A stretch of 64,000 bases of DNA from Felis catus (lineage: Eukaryota), in contig NC_058368.1 of NCBI RefSeq assembly GCF_018350175.1, positions 43,960,001 through 44,024,000 on the forward strand, in the 5' to 3' direction. Both the position numbers and the translations under genes were made by a program. How positions within the stretch are numbered: position 1 is the stretch's first letter; each line of letters opens with the position of its first letter. Below, one piece after another: positions 51,710-63,232 of the stretch. The notes under the pieces were generated by a model. That model searched no databases. It was not told the origin of the DNA and worked only from the letters and a program-made list of their open reading frames with translations.

Positions 51710-51930
51710 GGGGCGCCTGGGTGGCGCAGTCGGTTAAGCGTCCGACTTCAGCCAGGTCACGATTTCGCGGTCCGTGAGTTCGAGCCCCGCGTCGGGCTCT
51801 GGGCTGATGGCTCAGAGCCTGGAGCCTGTTTCCGAATCTGTGTCTCCCTCTCTCTCTGCCCCTCCCCCGTTCATGCTCTGTCTCTCTCTGTCCCAAAAAT
51901 AAAGAAAAACGTTGAAAAAAAAATTAAAAA
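51710..51930 (+). mobile_element. Young felid SINE (SINEC_Fc-type)
   Basis: Near-identical to the 8045 and 29929 copies; A box tggcgcagtcgg and B box gttcgagcc intact; inserted in an A-rich site. Confidence 0.98.
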
Positions 51931-52199
51931 AAAAAAAACTTACTCAAGCTCTAAATGCCTTTTAATGAAAACTATCTTCCTGATTACGATGTATTCACTT
52001 TGCTCAAAAATTAAAATTGTATAAAGATACTTTACCAAATTATCCTCACCAAAGCATCCACACATCTAGCATCACTTTTATTTTTCATTTGTCTGTTTTT
52101 CTTCGTAATATATATGACTTTATTATCACTTCCCACCTTTTTGATTTAGTTTCTGAGATTTAAACTTTTCGCTTAAAATCATAATAATGAAATCATCCC

Positions 52200-53310
52200 A
52201 TACTGATATACTCTGTTACATGGAAATTTCTCAGTATTTTCTACAGTTACATATACATTTAATGGTTATACATTTTTTTTAATGAGCCACTCATAGGTGG
52301 ACTTCTTTTATTGTTTCCAACATCTTAAAAATCATAAACAATGATCCAAATTACAAACATGTTTTAGTTTAAATGTGTACTATTTATACAGAATTGAGTC
52401 CCAGAAGTGGGATTGCTGGGTCATTGGGTTAAGTTCCAAGTTTTTCTCTGAAATATTTTTTCATTTTGCAGTCCCATTGCCAATATAAGCTAGCACCTAT
52501 TTTTCTATGGTGTTGTCAGCATTTTGAGTATTTACTAGTTTGAAAAGTTAGAAATTATGCTAGCATGTTTAATTAGCGTTTGTCTTATTCTTGTTGGGAT
52601 TAAACATATTTTCATATATTTAAGGACCATTTGTTTTGTTTTTCTGTGAACTTTCAGTTCATCTCTGTTGCTAATTATTATTTTTTTGGTGTTATCACAC
52701 TTCAACTCATTTTCTGAGTTCTGTCTTTTTTTCTGTTTTGTCTTTTGAAAGTCTTTTTAAAAAATGCTTATATTTTTGTCTGTATTTATCTTTAGGTTAG
52801 TAGAAGACATCTTATAAGTGTTAGTGCTACTTTGAATGAAGTCTTCTCTTACATTACATTTTAACTGTGTTTTTATTTTAATGTATTCTATTGATTTATA
52901 TATTAATTTTATTTCTACTATTTAAAAAAAATTCTTTCCAGTAATTTTGATTTGATTTCAGTAATTTTCAGTAGTTTTGATTTGATTTTTTTTATTTCCT
53001 AGGCATACAATTACATCATCTGCCATCTATAAATAGGGATAATAATTCCAAATTATTTTAGCTTAATTCCCTCCATTAAAATATTGATTGTTACTTTTTC
53101 TTACTATAGTAGGACTGCTTGCATAATCTATTAGGTTAGAAATGGTATTAGATAGATATATATTTATATACTTTCTTCTGTTAAGAAGTAATTACTAATT
53201 ATTTTATTGAGTCATTTTATCAAAATTGTGTACTGAAATTTTGAAATTATTTCTAGCATGAAGCAACTTCTTCGCATGATTCTTTCTCTTAAATCTATCA
53301 GAAGGCTCAT
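52200..53310 (-). mobile_element. Ancient L1 (L1ME-type) fragments
   Basis: cccagaagtgggattgctgggtca...ttttgcagtcccattgccaat; ttcctaggcatacaattacatcatctgc. Confidence 0.65.
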
Positions 53311-53328
53311 TTAAATTAATAGATGTCA

Positions 53329-53538
53329 AGGCACCTGAGTGGCTCAGTGGGTTAAGCAACAGACTCTTGATTTCCCTTCAGGTCATGATCTCACAATGTT
53401 GAGATCTAGCCCCGTGTGTCGTCTCCACACTGAGTGTGGAGCCTCTTTGGGATTCTCTCTCTCCTTCTCTCTCTCTGCTTCTCAATGGCTTGTTCTCTCT
53501 CTTTCTCTCTCAAAATAAATAACACTCAAAAAATAAAT
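53329..53538 (+). mobile_element. Can-SINE
   Basis: ggcacctgagtggctcagtgg head; TSD aattaatagat(g/c)tca. Confidence 0.93.
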
Positions 53539-53577
53539 TAATTAATAGATCTCATAATGAACCAGAATTACATTCTC

Positions 53578-53778
53578 TTTTTTTTCAAGTTTATTTATTT
53601 TGAGAGAGAGAGAGAGAGCAGGGGAGGGGCAGAGAGAGAAGGAGAGAGAGAGAATCCCAAGAAGGCTCCACTGTCAACATACAGCCCCATATGGGGATGG
53701 AATTTATGAACAGTGAGATGATGACCTTAGCTGAAACCAAAAGTTGGAGCTTACGTGAATGAGCCACCCAGGCACCCC
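53578..53778 (-). mobile_element. Can-SINE
   Basis: Ends gagccacccaggcacccc. Confidence 0.93.
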
Positions 53779-54835
53779 ACTCCTTTTTTCCTTATTAAGT
53801 TAGATAAAACTTTATAAACTCTATTGAACATTATAAAGAATTATCTCATGTATTGATTTATTTGGGATGGTTAAAATGTTTTATTTTTTTCTATTACATT
53901 AATGTCTGATTTTATTTTTATTAATTTATTCATTCGCTTTATTGCATTGATCTTTTATTTTTCCCATGTGCTTAATAATTTCATTTTATCAGTGATATTG
54001 AAAATTCAGATGATTTATTTTTACTTTGTGGTCAACTTCAGCTCTGTCATATTGATATTTTCATTAATATTGTTAGGTATTTCTTCTTTTTAAGGAAGAA
54101 TATACTTTTTTACAACTTTGATATTAATTTCCTGGTTTCTTTATTCATTTATTTATTCCAGGACATCTTGTCTCCAATTTTTTAGATATAAACATTCATG
54201 TGGAATTCATATTAAACTTTACAAAGTGGACATTATCTTTTATTTTCACCAAAAATATCTCCTCTTATTTGCTGACTTTTAAAATATAGTATGCTTCAGA
54301 ATATCTCATTAACATTAAAGATATTTTCTAGTCGTTCCATTGATTTTGCCTCAATACTATTAAACTTGTTGAACTTAGTTTCCCTTCTTCAATTTACACA
54401 TCTGAAATGATCAAATTTTAGTCATTTTAACACAGTTGATGGGAGATTGTGACCATCAGTAATCATGGCCGTGTTGCTTTGTTGACAAAGTCCAAAACTA
54501 AAAGAACTCAGTACGTGGTTCAATATCAGTAGTGGACTCCCTCATACCAATGAAGAGCTAGAAGGTAAAAATGCAAGAATCCATTCAACACAGGTGAGGA
54601 ATTCTCTCCAGGTCCTTACTCCAGGACTGACTGAGAGATGGGCAGGCTCCTATCAGATTTATGGTGTGTCCTTCCAACACCATGAATAAGACTTCATGGA
54701 AGCACTCAGCAGCCCAAATAACTGCAGAGCCTTCTTGCATTTTAAGAATCGTAGAGGTGTATCAGATATCTGCAAGCTTCTAGATGAGATCACATAATCC
54801 CACCTTACCATCATGCTTGAACACAAAATGCTTCT

Positions 54836-55046
54836 TTTTTTTTTTTTAATGTGTATTTATTTTTGAGAGACAGAAAGAGCACAAGCAGGAGAAAGGCAGA
54901 GAGAGAGGGAGACACAGAATCCGAAGCAAGCTCCAGACTCAGAGCTGTCAGCACAGACCCGGATTTAGGGCTCAAACTCATGAGCTGAGAGATCATGACT
55001 GGAGCCTAGGTTGGCCGCTCAACCAGCTAAGCCATGAAGGCACCCC
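54836..55046 (-). mobile_element. Can-SINE
   Basis: TSD aacacaaa(a/c)tgcttct (54820-54835, 55048-55063). Confidence 0.95.
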
Positions 55047-56241
55047 TAACACAAACTGCTTCTAATGCACACACACATGCACACACAAACACCCAGACTT
55101 CACTTACAATTTCACTCAACTAGCAAGAAACAGAGAGGAAAAATAAATATACTTCTAGGCAAATACAGATTTGTAAGAAGTTTAGTTTGTTTTGATATGT
55201 AATGAAAGGTTAATAGATTTATATTTCCTTAAGAAAGTTTGCTGTTTTCACAAAATAATTTATTTTTAAAATTATTTTTACCTTTAAATAAATATTTTAA
55301 CATTCAATCAATATCCATTTAGTTACTTAACTTATTTTATGTGAGCAACTGTTAGAAGTTATCAGCATAGATTCCTTACCATTACAATTCTAATTCAAGA
55401 TATCCTTGACATTTAATTTCTTTTTCTAGAATAATATTTAGAATATTTCTACCATGTTTAAAAAACATATTGTAATTTTAATGTTAAAATGTGATATATG
55501 TATGTAAATTTACATTAAGAGAAATTTTAACAACCACAGTGTCCTAAATCATTTCTCCTTGTATTTTTATTATCATGAATGTTCAATCATAATATGTTCT
55601 CTTCAGGAACTCCATTTGTATGTAGACTGTATCATATTTCTCTACTCTCCAAATGAACCCATATGCTTTCTTTTCTTTTTTTGTTCTTTTTTTGTCTTTT
55701 ATCTCTACATTCTAAGAGAGTAATTTCAATTTGCAATTTCCCATTGTAGCAATTTTACCATTTAATGTCTATAGTTTAAATCTTCATTTCTACTATTTAT
55801 AAATGTTTAATGATTGTTTGTATCATTTTTCCTTTTCCTTTTGCATTTTTTATATTTTTATTTACATGTTATTTTATGTTCATAAATTATATGGCTCCTC
55901 CAATACCATTAATTTCATTTTGATATTCTATATGTTGTTTCAACTTGTCTTTCTGTATAATAAATCTTTCCTATGCTTCATGTTGGAATAATGCTCAACA
56001 TTCACTACATACATAAAAATAACAACAAAGTAACATTTTCGTTAGGGACAAATAATGTGCTTTAGGGTTTGATTTCACTGCAATCAGTAGCCAAAATGAT
56101 TTGGAGCCCAATTTTGGCTAAAACATAAAAAAAATTATAAAAATGTGTTCTAAAGTTTATTTACTAATCTCTACCTACTTCTAAGAACTTGATAATATTC
56201 CCAATTTTCCGAAGTCTTAAGAACCTCTACATAGTGGTTTA

Positions 56242-56450
56242 GGGGTGCCCAGTTGGCTCAGTTCGAGTAAGCATCCAACTCTTGATTTCAGCTTAGGTCA
56301 TGATCTCACAGTTTCTGGGATCAAGCCTCTCAAGACAGCACAGAGCCTGCTTGGGATTCTCCCTCCCCCTCCCTCTCTGCCCCTCTACTACTCATGCTCT
56401 CTCTCTCCCTCTCTCTCTCTCTCTCTCAAAATAAATAAACTTAAAGAAAA
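56242..56450 (+). mobile_element. Can-SINE with 23-bp TSD
   Basis: TSD aagaa(c/t)ctctacatagtggttta (56219-56241, 56451-56473). Confidence 0.95.
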
Positions 56451-57057
56451 AAGAATCTCTACATAGTGGTTTATTGCTTGTATTCATCTGTTTCTTTCTT
56501 GTTAACTGTATCTTCACAGAAAAAAGGACTTCTATTCATTGATCTAAATCCAGTGTCTATGCATCAATAATGACATGTTATAAGACAAATCTACAAATGT
56601 AAGCAAAACATGTTGGGGCACTAAAATGCAGTTTCATAGTTAACTGTGGTTTGTTAACTGTCACCATAGACCATCCATTTCCTCCTGATTGAAGTGTTGT
56701 GTTCACTTGATGTTTGTGAATATTCATTCACCTCATTTGTTTACTAACTTTCTAGATGTTTCTTTTCATTGTCAATTATGGCCCTCTCTTTCTCTGCTTT
56801 CATTGAAATGTTTTTCTGCTTTTGCATGCCTTCATTTTATAAGCTTTTCCTTGATGATCTTAAATATTGCAGTGACTTCAAAGAGAATTTCTATATAGAT
56901 TTATTTCTGTATACCAGAAATCTCTTGAGTGCTAGACTCTTGAATAATACAATGATACTGCACATATATAACAATCCAAAACAAAATTTATAGCTGTTTT
57001 CTACAAATACATTAATCTTCTAGATTTGCTTATTTCTGTAAATGACACAGTAGCAAT

Positions 57058-57266
57058 CAGTGGTCTGATGCAGCTGGCTACCAGTGCCTCACGGAGCCAA
57101 TGGTGCACATTTATTCCCAACTACACATTTAGTGATATTGTGTTCATGGCTCGAAATCAGCCATAGTTTCTATATTCATACCATGGAAATCGGCAAAGGT
57201 CCTGAATAAACTTGTTTCCCTCCTCTTTGGAGAGACGGTTGTTAAATATTTATCAGCACACCAGTA
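57058..57266 (+). mobile_element. MER63A hAT-Blackjack MITE
   Basis: cagtggtctgatgcagctggct...gaaatcagccat...ccatggaaatcggcaaa...gttgttaaatatttatcagcacacca; 8-bp TSD gtagcaat / gttgctat. Confidence 0.9.
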
Positions 57267-57896
57267 GTTGCTATTGTCGAAAACAGAAACATGAGGCATT
57301 GTTGACATTTACTAACTTTTTTTGTCCCCATAATCTATTAATCACATGCTTTAGGCAATTACACTTAGGAGGGTTTCTCTAATTTATTCACTTTGTTTCA
57401 AACCTCACGGACACAACTTTAGATCCTACTCAACAGTAAACTTAAGTTAGTGTGAAATTACCTGTTTGAAAACTAACTCTCTCCTTCTACTACCACCACT
57501 GTATTCAAATCTATACCAACACATGTTATAGAATTGAGTAACAACATAATGATCTAGAAGGTGACATAAAAATGACATAAAATACAAGCAAAACAAATTA
57601 TCTAATTCCAGATTCATAAAATTATATTTCAGTAAATACAGCGAGAACAAATATAATATGGGCAAAATTACAAAAAAAATATATACCTTAGTCCCTTATC
57701 ACTGAAATTGTGTGCATAGTTAGAATGCTACATTTCTGTTATGATTACATTGCTTGTTTTCTGTTATTGAAGTGAATAAAATACTGTGAAAGGGTGATTT
57801 CTACTATTAATCCTATATATGTCTCCTTAAGTAACTGCTTTGTGTATAAATACTTAAATGTTTCCAATGTGACAAATGAGCTTGTTTCATGCTTAT

Positions 57897-58119
57897 TTAT
57901 TTATTTATTTATTTATTTTTAATGTTTATTTTTGAGGGAGAGGGAGAGACAGAATGTGAGCAGGGGAGGGGCAGAAAGAGAGGGAGACACAGCATCCAAA
58001 GCAGACTCCAGGCTCTGAGCTGTCAGCACAGAGCCCGACGCGGGGCTGGAACTCACAAACTGAGATCATGACCTGAGCTGAAGTCTGATGCTTAACCAAC
58101 TGAACCACCCAGGTACCCC
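57897..58119 (-). mobile_element. Can-SINE inserted near the transposase C-terminus
   Basis: TSD tt(g/a)tttcatgcttatt. Confidence 0.95.
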
Positions 58120-59452
58120 TTATTTCATGCTTATTAAGTTACCTAGTGTATGTTGAATTCATGGCAGCACTCTCTGCAAAGGATACAATACAATTAAATT
58201 GTTTCTGTCTTTTAATAATAACCATAATAAGATAAAGTCTCAGAGAGGTATAAAAGATAACAAGTGACTAAACATTTAAAGCAATTTTAGCCAGTCTTAA
58301 GGAAGTCATTTCAAACTTTTTTCCCCAAATGAAAGAGGTGCTGTTATATTTTCAAATTGTGAGAAAATGTATCATCAGTCTATCTGTAGCCAGTTCCAAT
58401 AATGCATCCTATGTGATTACTGCTAAGTTTAAATAATAATGTTACAAAAAATTTATATTCAGTGCATTCTATTCATCTTTTTTATTGAAAAATAAAATAT
58501 AAAATATTTTATTACAGTTGTAAGGGTTTTAGTTACAACTGATTACAGATATACCATGTAAAGATCATCACAAACTTCACTGATAATTACTGGCAACTCC
58601 TTGAACATGCCATAATGTTTGTAGAATCACATTTCCTCTGTTCTCCTGTTTTTGCCCTTTAAATTTATCTGACATTGATAAACATGTTGCACTCCTTCCT
58701 TGTAGGTGGTTTTATAGCCATTAAAATATTGAATATATTGGATAAATAAACAAGGATGACTGTCAATTTTTTTAAGTGGAGACCAAATTGATATCTTGCA
58801 GAAATACAAAGAGTGCATTCAAGTTTCTCAAGAGATGTTTTCCCTTCAATAACACATATCTTAATATGCAATAGTTGCTGTATATACAAGCTTCTGCAAT
58901 GAGAATAACATTTAATGTAATGCATTAGATTTTGTGTATTTCATATTTTTATATTAATACATAAATCATTCATTACTGACATTTTATATCAGTATACCTT
59001 GAATGGGCCTAGTGAAACTTCCTATATTTGGGGAACAACCAGAACATATTTCTACACAAAACTTAAACTTCAGTTCACAAATTTGACAATGAAATGCTTC
59101 ATGCTTTATTCACATCAGAACTGGTTGAATTTGTGAGTCTTGAAATTGAAGGGAGCATTTCTTCAAATGCACATATACAGCAATTTATGATGTTAATAAT
59201 AAGCAAATTAATTAAACTGAAATAAAAATACTCTGCCAGCTTCTTTTTTTTTTTTTTTTTTCCCCCTGAACTACTCTTCAATAACATAGCTAGTTTCTGA
59301 AGATGTGAAGTTAATTGGGTTTTGGAAAGTAGTACTTGAGCTACCTTTCTTTGTTGCAGAATCAACCAGCATTTTAAACAAATATCTTTGATGTAGTCTT
59401 TTTGTTATATTTTACCAATTGGATATGTTTTTGTATATTTATCTAAGCATGA

Positions 59453-59488
<36 letters not shown>
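59453..59488. repeat. (TCTA)n microsatellite
   Basis: About 9 units, read directly. Confidence 0.95.
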
Positions 59489-59489
<1 letters not shown>

Positions 59490-59915
59490 ATCATCTTTCT
59501 GTTTAACCTAATCATCACCTAGAGTATAGGTGTCCTAGAATGCTGCTTTATAAGCCCACAAACACTCATGTTTACTTGCAAAATCTTGAACATCTGTTTC
59601 TGTCAGTGTCTTAGTCCAATACTCTATTTCATAGAACTCTTGGATTTGATGTTTTTTCTGGGTCTTGTTAAATAAATGATGCTTATGTTTTAATGGCCTT
59701 ATTGTTTCATTAGTCTTTATATAGTTGAACTGCACTTTTAGGACTTCACCATCTATCGTGGCTACCAATCAAACACAATATACTTAAGATTACTTGAAGT
59801 GAAACTAGTGAAATAAGTCGTTATTTCTTCCAAATCAGTTGTATCATCACCTTATTAATGTGGAATTGTGGAAAGTTGATTTGTTTTGTTAAAAAAAAAA
59901 AAAAACAAAGTACAG

Positions 59916-60059
59916 TTAACCGTCCAGCTTCGGCTCAGATCATGATCTCACAGTTCATGGGTTCGAGCCCTACATCCAACTCTGTGCTGGCAGCTCGGAG
60001 CCTGGAGGCTGCTTCGGATTCTGTGTCTCCCTCTCTCTGTCCCTTCCCCCTAGATCCCA

Positions 60060-60090
<31 letters not shown>

Positions 60091-60165
60091 TCTCTGAAAA
60101 ATAAATAAAAACATAAAATAAAATAAAATAAAATAAAATAAAATAAAATAAAATAAAATAAAAAT
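59916..60165 (+). mobile_element. Can-SINE, 5'-truncated, with (TAAAA)n tail
   Basis: gttaaccgtccagcttcggctcagatcatgatctc...(CT)n...(taaaa)n. Confidence 0.93.
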
Positions 60166-60697
60166 TGTGAAAGTAGCAATGCATATGAATAGCTACGTCC
60201 TCAGGTTTTCATTCACCTTAAGGTAAAAATGACAAACCCAAATATATTTAATAATAAGCCTAAAATACCACACATTTGTAGGAGAGTTTTATTATAATGC
60301 CTAATACGTAGCTTGCTCCAATAATTATGAACATTCTTTTTTTAAAATTACAAATGGTTATATTAGTGTGTGTACTTATCATTTTTATCTTAACCTCTTC
60401 CATTCCCCTATTGTGTAACATTATTGTCTTTACTGCTTAATCTTGAATCTCAAGATTTAAGTTAAAGAATACCAAAGGGGCATATGCCTTAGCTAGGGGA
60501 AAATACAAGACCCAAAGATAGTTAGTGAGATCTGGGGGGAAACTTTTGAGACATCTTTCAAATCGTGAATATTTTTGATTATATGAAGACAAGTTTCATG
60601 ATTTTGGATATGATCATGATTTTGTTTATGTCTTTACTTAAAAGTTAAATGTGGCTAGAAGTGGTATATGTAGAGACCCAGTTGACAAGATTTGGAC

Positions 60698-61326
60698 TGT
60701 GGTAGGTTAGCAATGTGCCAATGTAGCTAGGCTGGAACTGTATTTTTCCAGTATTACATTTGCTCTGTATTTCCAAACATATGCAATTACAAGAGATTTT
60801 TTTGTGTGGAAATGAAATAGCAGCCGCATTCTTTTTTAGATTCCAGTTTGGGCCAAGGCACAAGATAGCTGTTTTAACTGACATAGCTTGCCAATTATCT
60901 GCTGAACAACTTTTTTTCTTTCTTTTTTTTTCTCTAGAAGAAAAACAGATGTGTTGCAAGTCCAGCTCTTGATGAATCTTCTACTTCGGCTTCTTTGATG
61001 CCTCAGCCTCATTAACCAATGAGTGATCCATAGTGAAATATCCAAGTGAAATGGTGTCTATTTCACCATTTCCATAGTGAAATGTCCAAGTGAAATGGTG
61101 TCCATTTCACCATTTCCATAGTGAAATGTCCAAGCTTTCTGCCAAATCACCCCATAAACAAAGTTGAAGATTTCAGAGTGGAACAAAATTCTGATTCATG
61201 TCTGGCTTTGGGAGTCCCACACACGTTCACAGGTTCATCTGTCGTTTCTTCTCCCAATTGCCTCCATCTTCATTTCCCAACTGCCTGACTTCCTGATGGT
61301 TTTGTTTCTAATTAACCTCCGATACA
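60698..61326 (+). mobile_element. Old ERVL-class solo LTR (LTR41/LTR52-like)
   Basis: tgtggtaggttag...gctaggctggaactgtatttttccag start; gacttcctgatggttttgtttct...gataca end. Confidence 0.62.
61028..61134. repeat. 44-bp-unit tandem repeat (~2.4 copies) with internal palindrome
   Basis: ccatagtgaaatgtccaagtgaaatggtgtccatttcaccattt; units start at 61028, 61072 and 61116. Confidence 0.95.
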
Positions 61327-61742
61327 ACTAATAAACAAAAAATATGTATGTCCATAAAATACACTATTTGGTGTCATGAAGATTGCAATTCAAAGGACAA
61401 TCTAATCATTTATAAATTATCTATTTGGTAACATTGCTGAAAGCTCTTCAATTTCTTTTCTTGGAAAATGAATCTAATAATATCCAGCTCAAAGGATTGT
61501 TTTGGCAAATAAATGAGATAAAAATTGCAAAGTGCTTTTGTTATTATGTGAACTCTTCAAGGAGCAATCAGACAATGTCAAATACAACCTATTGGAAAAA
61601 ATTAAAACTTTTACTTGATTTAAAGTGAAAGTTAAAAAAAAAAACCCTATTAGTATTTTTATGAACAGTTTCCTATATGCAAATGGTTCAAATATTTATG
61701 CTTTCAAGAACACCCAAACAAAAAATTATACTGCCTTACTTT

Positions 61743-61955
61743 TTTTTTTTTTAATGTTTATTTATTGTTGAGACAGAGAGAGACAGAGCATGAATGGGGG
61801 AGGGTCAGAGAGAGAGGGAGACACAGAATCAGAAGCAGGCTCCAGGCGCTGAGCCATCAGCACAGAGCCCGATGCCGGACGCGAACTCACAAACTGTGAG
61901 ATCATGACCTGAGCCTAAGTTGGACGCTCAACCAACTCAGCCACCCAGGCGCCCC
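61743..61955 (-). mobile_element. Can-SINE
   Basis: Perfect 16-bp TSD tatactgccttacttt. Confidence 0.97.
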
Positions 61956-62235
61956 TATACTGCCTTACTTTAAAAGAAAATCAATTTCTGTGTATCATTT
62001 CAGAATATCTATAAGAAGATATTAGAATAGCATGAAAAATATAAGGTATCTCTCAAAATAAGCAAATATTTATGCTTATAAATGTAGGAATTATCTCTTT
62101 TAAAACTATTAGGTACATTAAAATATAAATATATTTTCATTTGGAGGCTAAGTAGTTCAGGAGGTCTTAGAAACTTCAAATAAAGCTATGAAGCTATGAT
62201 AATGAACATACAATGGAAATGTGGATGGTATTTTA

Positions 62236-62491
62236 TTTTATTATTGACTTTATTTTATTATTTTATTTTATTTCATTTTATTTTATTTTTAAACGTTTCT
62301 TTCTTCATTTGAGACAGAGAGAGAAACAGCATATGCACGGGACAGGTAGAGGGAGAGGGAGAGAATCCCAAGTAGACCACACAAGCAGTGCAGAGCCCTA
62401 CATGGGGGCTTGAACTTATGAACTATGAGAGCATGACCCGAGCCAAAATCAAGAGTCAGTTGCCTAACAAACTGAGCAAGCCAGGTACCTC
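62236..62491 (-). mobile_element. Can-SINE with (TTTTA)n tail
   Basis: aaaatcaagagtcagttgcctaacaaactgagc...; TSD gtatttta. Confidence 0.9.
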
Positions 62492-62568
62492 ATGTATTTT
62501 AAATTTCAACTATACTCAGGAATAATGAAAAAAAATTCAGTAAGATGTGATATATCTATATATACAGA

Positions 62569-63232
62569 TGTCATAGACTCTGGGTCTGGAGTTCTCTCTT
62601 GTCCAGCAAGAGAGTGGGACACGGGATTAAAAATGTGAGAGAGGCTAATGTCCAGAAGACAAGATCCTCAAGTAAGGGTCCTTGCTCCATTTTTATTAGG
62701 ATCAGAAGACTTACAAGTGTGATGGGCATGCACAAAGAGAAAATGAAACCCTGAACATTAACTCATGGCTGTGGGGAAAAGGGGGGGGTTGGAGGTATGT
62801 GGTGTTAGGGGTTTGGGTAAATACAAAACAAGATCCTGGTGCTGGGAGGAAGGGTGTTTACAGCAAACATGAGGCCTCCCCTCTGATTACCTAAACTGGC
62901 CTAAGGGACAAGAAAGACAGAGCATACTACCTCAGGGGCAACAAGGCATCTTTCTTTTGCTAATTAGCTCCGATCTGGGCAACTTTGCCCCTCTGCAGTC
63001 TATAGCCCTATTTACCTGTTTACCTAATTAGTCCTTCCTTCCTGTGGAAGCAGCTTTCTGCTATTGTCCTATACCTTGTCCTATACTGGTGGCCTTTGCC
63101 CCATTTACCTAATCTTATTTGCCTAATCTTGTTTACCCAAACTTGGGTGTGTTCATCCTATGGCTTTCTAATTGTTTATGCCTTGTTAACCCATCAGTGC
63201 AGGCTCAGGAAATTCCCACCCTTGTTCCTACA
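62569..63232 (-). mobile_element. Solo ERV LTR (~664 bp)
   Basis: TG...CA termini; minus-strand AATAAA at 62692-62697; GC richer than flanks; short internal repeats in the presumed U3. Confidence 0.82.

Larger units (their letters stand above)
57865..59800 (-). mobile_element. Decayed hAT-Charlie transposase coding region (SCAND3/ZBED9 Buster4-like, probably Charlie10-related)
   Basis: Collinear minus-strand peptides VATIDGEVLKVQ, KVAQVLLS, LAEYF, LTNSTSS, ELKFKFCVEICS, LVYLSNIFNI, LLELATD, YLSET and terminal QAHLSH (57867-57884); many frameshifts and stops; termini not located. Confidence 0.88.

Noticed and set aside
8045..51930. Near-equal spacing (21,884 and 21,781 bp) of the three young SINEs
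   Set aside because: Flanks and TSDs are unrelated, so this is not a segmental repeat; two intervals are compatible with chance.
61028..61134. Palindromic repeats resembling a CRISPR array
   Set aside because: Units are contiguous with no unique spacers, there are no cas genes, and the context is mammalian.
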